Assembly: GCA_037133395.1 (NCBI GenBank)
Contig: JBAXOG010000003.1
Span: 7,644 to 71,643 of the forward strand
DNA from: a bacterium
GTDB lineage: Bacteria; Verrucomicrobiota; Kiritimatiellia; RFP12; UBA1067
DNA length: 64,000 bases
Reading direction: 5' to 3'
The notes under the pieces were generated by a model, which was not told where the DNA came from, made no database searches, and was given only the letters and a program-made list of their open reading frames with translations. Of the stretch, positions 10,079-17,188 are shown piece after piece (position 1 is the stretch's first letter; every line of letters begins with the position of its first letter). Position numbers and translations under genes: made by a program.

Positions 10079-12148
10079 TTAAAAGAAGCGAATAAGCGTT
10101 CCCCTCGAATTGACAAGCAATACCTGCTTATTGGTGTCGTCAATTTTTAACGACAAGATTCCCCTGCGACTACTTGTCGTATTCAACGTCCAATTTTCTA
10201 AGCTAGGTATCGTCCCCTTTGTCCCATAAGAAAACAGCACCAGGCTGTTCGTAATCGTCCCCGAAATATTCACCGTGCCAGCAGCAGGTAGCGAGAGTGT
10301 CCCCGCCACGTTCACTCGGGTCGGATTAGCCACGTCCGTGCAGAATGAAACCCCGCCATTCACAGTCAACGACCCGCTGAAAGCTGCGACCGTGTTCGAA
10401 ACCAGAAGGCTACCCGTGTTGCCAATAGTGATGTTACCCGTGCTGATGCCTGTTCCTCCATTGACCAACTCCAGCCCGACATAGTTTCGAGGATTTCCAC
10501 TGTCTTCTATCGTGTAGGTGGTCGAGGCGTTCGCGCAAATGCCAGTCGCATTGTTAAAGCGCAGCGTGTTTTTCCCCTGCCAGTCAAAAGAACCCACGCC
10601 CGTAGTAGCCTGATTGTTCGTCAGGATCACGCCGCTCACGCCACGATAGGCGAGCACACCATTCTCCACGAGTACCTTGTTGCCGAGCGACAAGTCGTTA
10701 GAGGGCGTGTTGATCGTAATTGTCGGGGCCGCCGTAGTGAACTGCAACACCCCGCTGTTCGTACAAGCGAGGTGGTTGCCGTAATCCGTCCGTCCGGCAG
10801 TTCCAATCACGAGCGACAATGACAGCTCCATCACGCCACTCCTTGTGACAACGACACGGTTACTGTAATTGACCAGATTCGTTGCAGATGTGCCGATCGA
10901 GAGCTTGCGGCATCCGAGCATCTGCCCGCCCTCTTCGATCTGGATGCTGTTTTCATTGTTATTCCCCTTGCCGCCACCAACCATGCAATCGATATTCGGC
11001 TGAAACTGGAATAGGGAGCCGTTCCCCGTGACCAACACCCCGTTCCTATAATAATTGGTGCAGACGTAAGATGCACCATGGGCGATCCAAAGCCCACTGA
11101 TTCCCGTCATGACCCCGCCATTCTGCACCTTAATCACGTTGTTAGTACCTGCAGGTCCTTGATAACCCACATTCATAGCCCCGTTCGTGACCAAGCCTCC
11201 AGCATCGACAATCAGCAAGTTGGTGTGTGAGCCTTCCAAGCAAACGGTCACCGACCCGCCCAACAGGTCAACGGTAGAAGGCGTGCCGTTTCCGTCGCGC
11301 CCCGCGACAATCATTTGATTGTTGTACGAAGTCGCGAGATAACCAAGCGTCACATTGGATGACTTCACAAGTCCTCCGTTGGTCACTGAAAGTACATTAA
11401 AGCCATTATTGCTGGCGTAAAGACGCAGGTTGGCACATTCAAGAGTTCCTCCGGAAGTTACCGTAACATCATTCGAGTTACTCTGCATGAAAAAGAACTG
11501 CCTGCCTCCTGTAACCAGAAAGCGAGCCCGGTCGCCCATCGTGTTCGTTCCCCCAATCATCAACTTGTTGTTGTTGTTTAAAAACATTACGGCATAGTTA
11601 GCCGACGGCGTCAGTGTCACCAAGCCTCCGTTTTGCAAATAAAACGTCGCACCATAACTGGGATTTAGCGGTGTTGCACTCCCTGAAAGTGAAAAGGACG
11701 CATTGTCCACGGTCGTGGTGCTGCCATACTGCGTGAACACGTTCCCAATGAACTGGGCTCCGTCACGAATCGTGAGACGACTGCCATTCAACGCGGTGGT
11801 TCCAAACGTCGTATTGGTCGCCGTCAGCGTGGTCGTTCCCGAAAGATCCAGCTCGCCCCTTAAAGTCGTCGATGCGGAGCCCACGTTCAACTGGGCGAGA
11901 GAGGGGAGTGTCCCAAGGCTGGCAGCCGTCACCGTTTTGTTGCTCCGAATATCAGCCGTGTCTCCCGACTGCGGAGTCCCTGCGCCTCCCCATGTAGCGA
12001 AAGCATCCCACGAGCCACTTTGCGAAGTGATCCGTGTAACCGCCTGCACTTCATCGACCAACAACCCCACCAGTGCAATGCTCAGAAAAAGACCACACCG
12101 ACTTACAGTTCCATCCATCTTTCCACACTTCTTATTTTTGGTTATCAT
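10079..12148 (-). CDS. autotransporter-associated beta-strand repeat (PATR-type) surface protein
   Basis: The ORF is open from GTG 12208. ATG 12148 has an AAGGAG Shine-Dalgarno 7 nt upstream and gives MITKNKK... followed by a signal peptide. The body is Gly/Thr/Asn-rich with a periodic beta-helix-like sequence (e.g. VTNGGLV, VQNGGVM, LVNGGTG). The C-terminal tail is ...RGTLIRFF. Confidence 0.8.
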   Translation of the reverse strand: MITKNKKCGKMDGTVSRCGLFLSIALVGLLVDEVQAVTRITSQSGSWDAFATWGGAGTPQSGDTADIRSNKTVTAASLGTLPSLAQLNVGSASTTLRGELDLSGTTTLTATNTTFGTTALNGSRLTIRDGAQFIGNVFTQYGSTTTVDNASFSLSGSATPLNPSYGATFYLQNGGLVTLTPSANYAVMFLNNNNKLMIGGTNTMGDRARFLVTGGRQFFFMQSNSNDVTVTSGGTLECANLRLYASNNGFNVLSVTNGGLVKSSNVTLGYLATSYNNQMIVAGRDGNGTPSTVDLLGGSVTVCLEGSHTNLLIVDAGGLVTNGAMNVGYQGPAGTNNVIKVQNGGVMTGISGLWIAHGASYVCTNYYRNGVLVTGNGSLFQFQPNIDCMVGGGKGNNNENSIQIEEGGQMLGCRKLSIGTSATNLVNYSNRVVVTRSGVMELSLSLVIGTAGRTDYGNHLACTNSGVLQFTTAAPTITINTPSNDLSLGNKVLVENGVLAYRGVSGVILTNNQATTGVGSFDWQGKNTLRFNNATGICANASTTYTIEDSGNPRNYVGLELVNGGTGISTGNITIGNTGSLLVSNTVAAFSGSLTVNGGVSFCTDVANPTRVNVAGTLSLPAAGTVNISGTITNSLVLFSYGTKGTIPSLENWTLNTTSSRRGILSLKIDDTNKQVLLVNSRGTLIRFF

Positions 12149-12184
12149 ACGTTTACTCCTTGTTGTCAAATAACCTCTTTCAGA

Positions 12185-12292
12185 TTCATTGTGATTATCA
12201 TACTCCACCCCGTTCTTTCTGTCTATATGTGATTGCGCAAAAATTATTCAATTTTGCGACATGGCTTTTTACGCGATCGGGGGCTTGCCTAT
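12185..12292. repeat. promoter/leader cassette, copy A (homologous to 16622..16727)
   Basis: By-eye alignment shows near-identity to 16622..16727: ...tctttctgtctatatgtgat(t/c)gcgca(a/t)aaattattcaattttgcgacatggctttt...tcgggggctt(g/a)cctat. In minus orientation it contains sigma70-like TTGAAT (12246-12251) and TATAGA (12222-12227) with an 18-nt spacer. Confidence 0.85.
12236..12258. promoter_or_regulatory. CGCAA-N13-TTGCG inverted-repeat operator-like site S1
   Basis: CGCAA at 12236-12240 and TTGCG at 12254-12258 are separated by a 13-nt AT-rich spacer. The site overlaps the putative -35/-10 region of the minus-strand operon. The same architecture occurs at 16673, 57424 and, less perfectly, 63460. 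Confidence 0.4.
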
Positions 12293-12507
12293 CTTTGTTA
12301 AAGAAGGACTGACTGACGAATTGACGTCTTGACTGATTGATTCATCTGGTCAACCCAGTCAATACGTCCTCAGCAATCAACTCGTCACTCGGTCAATCAG
12401 TCAATACGTCCTCACACGGTGGCAACGGCGTCCCGCCGTTGGCCGAATCGATGGTGCAATCGGGGGCACGCGCCTGCGTGCCTTGGACGAGCAGGCGCTC
12501 GTCCCTT
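12293..12507. repeat. intergenic repeat module 2, copy A (homologous to 16942..17121)
   Basis: Shared strings are ctttgttaaagaa(g/a)gactga(c/g)tgacgaattgacgt(c/a)ttgactgattgattcatctgg and gtcaatcagtcaa..cgtcctc.cac.g(t)tggcaacggcgtcccgccgttggc.gaatcgatgg.gcaatcgggggcacgcgc. It contains the hairpin CAACGGCG-tcc-CGCCGTTG (12423-12441). Copy A has two extra GC hairpins (GGCACGC/GCGTGCC and GGACGAGC/GCTCGTCC). Confidence 0.8.
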
Positions 12508-12536
12508 CCGAGAGTGCACAAGGTGTGACCGCGTCA

Positions 12537-14306
12537 TCATTCCGGGGATATGAAAAGCATTCGGCGCATGCCGGGGGCGCCGTTTTGGCCCGTCAGCGTC
12601 AATTTCATGGCGGATGTCGTGACTGGCGCGAACGTCACCACCAGGCCACGCCCCTCTGTGACGCCCTCGGCGATCTTTTTCCATTGTCCGCCGACCTCCG
12701 ACTCCAGCGTATAGACCTGGGGAATCCGGGGAAATTTATCGAGTTCCTCCAGCCGGATTGACGAGATCACTACCGGTTTTTCGAAGCTGAAATCAAGGCT
12801 CGCCGTCACGGTGCCTTGGGGCGTGATCCATGGGCGCACCCCTTTTGTCTTGAACGAAACAATGCCGGCGGCATCCGTTTCGTTGACACTTGCCTTGACC
12901 TTGGCGATCTGATTGGGCTTAGGCCGGGCGACGGCTTCGCCGTCCAATTCCAAGACTACCACAGCGGCAACCGGATCCGGTGAGCAGGCACCCACTTTCA
13001 CTATTACCCGTTCCTCTTCCTTGATCAGTTCCAACTTCCTGTCCGTCCCCGCCAGACGTGCGCTCTTGACCCCGGACAACAACGGCACGCGCAACAGTCC
13101 GTCCTTGGGCCAGTCGAAGACGATCAGGTTGAGTTGGTTGCCCTTGCGCGTCGCGCAGCCGTAAGAGAGATACGGGAAAGGGCCGCCTTGGCAACCGTAG
13201 ATGGCTTCGCCATTCTGCTTCAGCCAGTCCCCGATCGCCTTCAATCGTTCGACATGCTCCGGCATGAAGCTTCCATCCGGTGCCGGGCCGAAACCATAGA
13301 CCAGGTTGCCGTTCTTGCTAATCGCCTCGGCCAGTGTGCGGACAAGAACCGATACGGGCTTTTGCTTGTCCACTGTTGGGGCATACGCCCATTTTGACCC
13401 CAATGTGACGCAAGCTTCCCAGTCGTCCTCCGGCGCATATGTCGGAAGCATTTGTTCCGCGCAGCCGAAGTCGGCGCGAACGCCTCCCAGCCGGCCGTTC
13501 ATGATGAGATTCTTCAACGGGCGCAGCGGTTCATAGAGGCGTTCTGCGTGCGCCTTAGTGATCCCCGATGGCGTGTCCCACCAGAAGACATCCGGCTTGT
13601 ATTGCGCCAGCTCCCGGATCTGGGGCACGGCGATGGTGTCAATATACTTATCGAAATCCCCGCCTTGGGCCGGATCCCATGGCTTGGTATTGCCTACGGA
13701 ACCGCCGGGATTCACCCAGTCCTGCGCATGGGAATAGTAGATGCCGAACCGGATTCCTTCCTTCCGGCAGGCATCGGCCAGCGGGCCGACCAGATCCTTG
13801 CCGTAGGGAGTGGCGTCGGCAATGTTCCACTTGCTGGCCTTCGATGGCCAGATGGCAAAGCCGTCGTGATGCTTCGCGATCAAGACCAGATATTTGGCGC
13901 CGGACTGCTTGAAGAGCTTAACCCATTCCTCGGCGTTGAACTTCACGGGATTGAACTGCTTGGCGAATTCCTGGTATTTCGCCACCGGCACTTGGTTCCA
14001 ACGCATCATCCACTCCCCCTGTGCCGGGATGGAAAACAGGCCGAAGGTAATCATCACCCCGAAACGCGCCTCCCGCCACCAGGCCATGCGGGCATTGAAT
14101 TCTTCCGGGGACTCCTTGGTCGGCGCGGGAATCTGCGAGGGGTCAACCGTGAAGCCCGAGGCGTTTTCGTCGTAAGCGCCGGCAATCGCCTTCGTCGCCA
14201 CCTTCGGGAAAGTTTCGACGCCCTTGCGCAGAACAGATTCATCCGCATGCAGAAGCGTACAGGCAATAGCTTGAATCAGGACGCAGTAGTAGGTTGTTCT
14301 TTTCAC
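12537..14306 (-). CDS. alpha-L-fucosidase (GH29) with C-terminal F5/8 type C (discoidin)-like domain
   Basis: 589-aa ORF with a signal peptide. GH29 blocks present: WWREARFGVMITFGLFS and AKYLVLIAKHHDGFAIWPS. The C-terminal ~130 aa is discoidin-like. Confidence 0.85.
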   Translation of the reverse strand: MKRTTYYCVLIQAIACTLLHADESVLRKGVETFPKVATKAIAGAYDENASGFTVDPSQIPAPTKESPEEFNARMAWWREARFGVMITFGLFSIPAQGEWMMRWNQVPVAKYQEFAKQFNPVKFNAEEWVKLFKQSGAKYLVLIAKHHDGFAIWPSKASKWNIADATPYGKDLVGPLADACRKEGIRFGIYYSHAQDWVNPGGSVGNTKPWDPAQGGDFDKYIDTIAVPQIRELAQYKPDVFWWDTPSGITKAHAERLYEPLRPLKNLIMNGRLGGVRADFGCAEQMLPTYAPEDDWEACVTLGSKWAYAPTVDKQKPVSVLVRTLAEAISKNGNLVYGFGPAPDGSFMPEHVERLKAIGDWLKQNGEAIYGCQGGPFPYLSYGCATRKGNQLNLIVFDWPKDGLLRVPLLSGVKSARLAGTDRKLELIKEEERVIVKVGACSPDPVAAVVVLELDGEAVARPKPNQIAKVKASVNETDAAGIVSFKTKGVRPWITPQGTVTASLDFSFEKPVVISSIRLEELDKFPRIPQVYTLESEVGGQWKKIAEGVTEGRGLVVTFAPVTTSAMKLTLTGQNGAPGMRRMLFISPE

Positions 14307-15958
14307 TTTTGTTTCTCCTTATTGATGTTTTCAATTAGTTGTTTGCCGTTCCAAGGAATCAGATCCCGTACGGCCTCCTCAGGTTGCGGCACACGATTAC
14401 TCGTCCCGCTTGGACGGGCATACCAAAAGACGCCAACAGCTTGTGAGACTTCAGTATCAGCGCAGACCCACAATTCCATGTCGAACTTCAGCGAACGACG
14501 ATACGGTATACCGTCGAGCAATCGCATTCGCGATGTCGTGGTGTAAGCGCTCCAATCAGGTTTCTTCCAACGATGGTCGTATGTGACATCTCGTTTCGGC
14601 ATTGCGATGAACGGCGAATTAAACCAGTGCGCCATTCCCCACGCGTAGCCGTAGTAATCTTCCATACCAGTGCCCAAGTGCGAGGGGAACTTCTCGCCGT
14701 CAACGTACACCCGCTCGTCGCCTTCGCCGTTCCAATGCCAATCCCGGTTGAACACCGTGAGGGTGTCCCCCACATAAACGCCCTGACCGGTCAGCTCTAC
14801 GTAATTCCAATCCTTGTAAGGCCTGGTCTTGATCGGATCCTCGTGCCGCCAGCCGGCATGAAAATACATGGAGCGATCATCCCAACGCCATGCGCTGGTG
14901 GACACCGCAAGTTTCACCGTCACCTGCACTTTGCCGAGATTCTTGACCGTGATCCGGCCATTTTTTTTGTACGGCATCACCCAGCGCGTCGCGAGCGTCC
15001 CGTTCGTCGCCACCGTGCGATTCCAATCTTGAACCGGATTCCACCGCGCCCCGCAACCGAAAAACTCGCCAATCGGACACCACACCGTTGGTTGCCCATC
15101 AAACTCTACCGCCAACACAACCGAACGGACGGTCTGCGTGTCGCTTCGCGGCTCCAGTTCCAACTGCAGGCTTCGCACGGCGTTCTCGCCTGCCGGCAAA
15201 TCCAGTGACAATGCCGCACCCGGTTGAATTTCACCCTCCCGCCGCGTTTCCTGCCCGGAAACCGCGTTGCCAAGCGACTGAAGCAATTCTGCATTCCGTT
15301 TCAAAGCGTCGGCTGCCATTTCGAAATTAGCCATCGTGAACGTCTCAACCTTTGTTCCCGTTTCGTAGGCACGATAGCCAACAATAAAGAAATAAGGTAT
15401 CTCATCCAACGTGATCTTGCAGGACTTCGCAAACGGGATCGGCAGGTAGAGATCACCGCCGAGTCCAGTAGTCGCCGCCTCATCCGAAGCAATGAACGCC
15501 AACGGCGGCTTGACAAAACCCCGTCCGGCCAGCAGTTCGTGCAACTTGACGGCAATTGCCGGCGTGGAACTACCGTCAAAATAGAAGCGGACGAGGCAGT
15601 TTTTCCTCTCCAACGGAATCCAGAATCGAACGACTGCACCGGGGCCGTCGTGCTCCATCAGCACCCACTCCTGCCGTCCTTCATTTTCCTCAATCCGGAT
15701 GAACTGTTTGTAATCTATATTAGCGTGCCAGCGATCGCCGTTTGGAATTGTTTGCCGACGGTCATAGCTGCTGGCCTGCTTGCAGGTGTACGCTGGCTGG
15801 GGCCAACGGGCAAGCGCGTCACGATTCGTCATATCCGCCAACAGCGTCTTGAGCGTGATGGCCGATTCTGCTCCATGAAGGGTTAAAGCCCCTAACAGGG
15901 TCAATGACACTACGACTGAAATTCTGGCTATGTTTCTCATCATTGTTTTTTCCCTCAT
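14303..15958 (-). CDS. DUF2961 (GH172-type) glycoside hydrolase family protein
   Basis: 551-aa ORF with a signal peptide. It carries the DUF2961 hallmark blocks GPGAVVRFWIP and WNGEGDERVYVDGEKFPSHLGTGMEDYYGYAWG. It overlaps the downstream GH29 gene by 4 nt. Confidence 0.8.
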   Translation of the reverse strand: MREKTMMRNIARISVVVSLTLLGALTLHGAESAITLKTLLADMTNRDALARWPQPAYTCKQASSYDRRQTIPNGDRWHANIDYKQFIRIEENEGRQEWVLMEHDGPGAVVRFWIPLERKNCLVRFYFDGSSTPAIAVKLHELLAGRGFVKPPLAFIASDEAATTGLGGDLYLPIPFAKSCKITLDEIPYFFIVGYRAYETGTKVETFTMANFEMAADALKRNAELLQSLGNAVSGQETRREGEIQPGAALSLDLPAGENAVRSLQLELEPRSDTQTVRSVVLAVEFDGQPTVWCPIGEFFGCGARWNPVQDWNRTVATNGTLATRWVMPYKKNGRITVKNLGKVQVTVKLAVSTSAWRWDDRSMYFHAGWRHEDPIKTRPYKDWNYVELTGQGVYVGDTLTVFNRDWHWNGEGDERVYVDGEKFPSHLGTGMEDYYGYAWGMAHWFNSPFIAMPKRDVTYDHRWKKPDWSAYTTTSRMRLLDGIPYRRSLKFDMELWVCADTEVSQAVGVFWYARPSGTSNRVPQPEEAVRDLIPWNGKQLIENINKEKQK

Positions 15959-15966
15959 CCTTCCGG

Positions 15967-16638
15967 CTATTTCGCGATTACCAACCCAAAGACAGCATCC
16001 AGTTCATGCCATTGGTCTTTGTCATCAAGGGTCAATTCCAAGCGGCCATCCGGCAGGGTCTTCATGGCAACCGGGTTTTGGGTGCACAGGTTGTACGCCG
16101 ACGTGAACGACTCAAGCGGCTTTGCCAGGACAACGCTCCGAACGTTGCCGACGGGCGGCGTCAAGACGTGGACATATTCCTCCCGTCCATCCGCACTGCG
16201 AGTGCAGGCTATGGGAAGATTCTTGCAGTCCTTGGGATATGAAGCGGGCTTGAGTTTCCAGTTCCGGCTGATGAGCGTCCCCTTGATGGATTCCAACGCG
16301 ACAGCATAGTGTTTACCGAATTCGATGAGGGAGGCACGGTCGAAGTGGACTTTGTCTCCCAGCGTATACGCAAGGAATCGTTCCTCGATCTTACAAAGAG
16401 GCCAAAAGACCTTGCCGACCATGCAAAAGCGGAGTGCGATGCCTGAGTCTGGGTGCAAGGGTCCAACACCAACTGTATGGTATCGCACGAGGAGTTTCCC
16501 GTTGTTATCATAATCCAAAATGGATGGCGCACGATGAACCACAACCCCTGCCACCCTGCAAAAACAATAGCTTCCGCTGTAAGCTACCAGAAACACTGCC
16601 AAGCTCAATCCCCGTATTCTTTTCATTGTTATCAACAT
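15967..16638 (-). CDS. small hypothetical protein with fucosidase C-terminal-like domain
   Basis: 223-aa ORF with a GAGGG Shine-Dalgarno about 8 nt upstream of ATG 16638. The N-terminus is hydrophobic. The C-terminal ~90 aa (REEYVHVLTPP...LELTLDDKDQWHELDAVFGLVI) parallels the C-terminus of the 31129..32514 protein (REYVHVLKPR...LVLTLGQDDQWDPLDTVIVLE). Confidence 0.55.
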   Translation of the reverse strand: MLITMKRIRGLSLAVFLVAYSGSYCFCRVAGVVVHRAPSILDYDNNGKLLVRYHTVGVGPLHPDSGIALRFCMVGKVFWPLCKIEERFLAYTLGDKVHFDRASLIEFGKHYAVALESIKGTLISRNWKLKPASYPKDCKNLPIACTRSADGREEYVHVLTPPVGNVRSVVLAKPLESFTSAYNLCTQNPVAMKTLPDGRLELTLDDKDQWHELDAVFGLVIAK

Positions 16639-16727
16639 ACTACAACCCTCTCTTTCTGTCTATATGTGATCGCGCATAAATTATTCAATTTTGCGACATG
16701 GCTTTTAACGGTCGGGGGCTTACCTAT
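16622..16727. repeat. promoter/leader cassette, copy B
   Basis: See copy A at 12185..12292. Here the cassette includes the start codon of the 15967..16638 gene. Confidence 0.85.
16673..16695. promoter_or_regulatory. CGCAT-N13-TTGCG operator-like site S2
   Basis: This is the homologous position to S1. It differs by one mismatch in the left half-site. Confidence 0.35.
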
Positions 16728-16742
16728 AACTTCAAAGAATTG

Positions 16743-16774
16743 CCTTATTGCCTTATTGCGTTATTGCCTTATTG
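16743..16774. repeat. 8-bp tandem array (ccttattg x3 plus cgttattg x1)
   Basis: Four contiguous 8-mers read directly from the sequence. They lie inside a ~210-bp segment present in cassette copy B but absent from copy A. Confidence 0.9.
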
Positions 16775-16941
16775 AATTCGTGTGGTTCGTGTCATTCGAT
16801 GCTAAAAAGTTACCAGTCAGTTTATTCCGGGTCTGCCCTCCGTAGCCGTATTCGCGTAGGCGGATACCCCGGGCGGTGGGCTTGTCTACTTGATTTGTTT
16901 TAACCACAAAGAACGATCGCTCAAAGATCAACTTCTAAATG

Positions 16942-17121
16942 CTTTGTTAAAGAAAGACTGAGTGACGAATTGACGTATTGACTGATTGATTCATCTGGCC
17001 TGCCCGCCGGAGACCTATTGGCGAAGGCGGGTCAATCAGTCAACCCGTCCTCGCACGTTGGCAACGGCGTCCCGCCGTTGGCGGAATCGATGGGGCAATC
17101 GGGGGCACGCGCTCGTCCCTT
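16942..17121. repeat. intergenic repeat module 2, copy B
   Basis: See 12293..12507. It contains the same CAACGGCG-tcc-CGCCGTTG hairpin (about 17062-17080). Confidence 0.8.
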
Positions 17122-17134
17122 ATTTCTCAACTTT

Positions 17135-17185
17135 AGCGTTGAGCGTTAAGCGTTTCAAACTTTTAACTCTTAACGTTTAACGTTT
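17135..17185. repeat. 7-bp periodic array of A(G/A)CGTT-type units
   Basis: The units are agcgttg agcgtta agcgttt, then a 9-nt break, then aactctt aacgttt aacgttt. The array lies immediately downstream of the GH16 stop codon. Confidence 0.8.
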
Positions 17186-17188
17186 AAC

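Noticed and set aside
12149-12208. GTG 12208 as start of the beta-strand-repeat gene (ORF-track start)
   Set aside because: ATG 12148 has a strong AAGGAG Shine-Dalgarno and gives a normal signal peptide. The extra 20 residues (MEYDNHNESERGYLTTRSKR) would precede it without support. The GTG start is kept only as an alternative.
16255-16290. Internal hexapeptide KGTLIS in the 15967..16638 protein matching the C-terminal tail KGTLISVL of 39470..41026
   Set aside because: The underlying DNA differs at synonymous positions and the context is internal, not C-terminal. It is most likely coincidence.
16743-16774. Possible CRISPR array or other spaced-repeat system
   Set aside because: The units are only 8 bp and directly abutting with no spacers. 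There are no cas genes anywhere in the window.
17135-17185. Rho-independent terminator for the GH16 gene
   Set aside because: The apparent stem comes from the self-complementary AACGTT/AGCGTT units. On the transcribed (minus) strand the mismatches are C-A rather than G-U, and there is no U tract. It is better described as a tandem 7-mer array.
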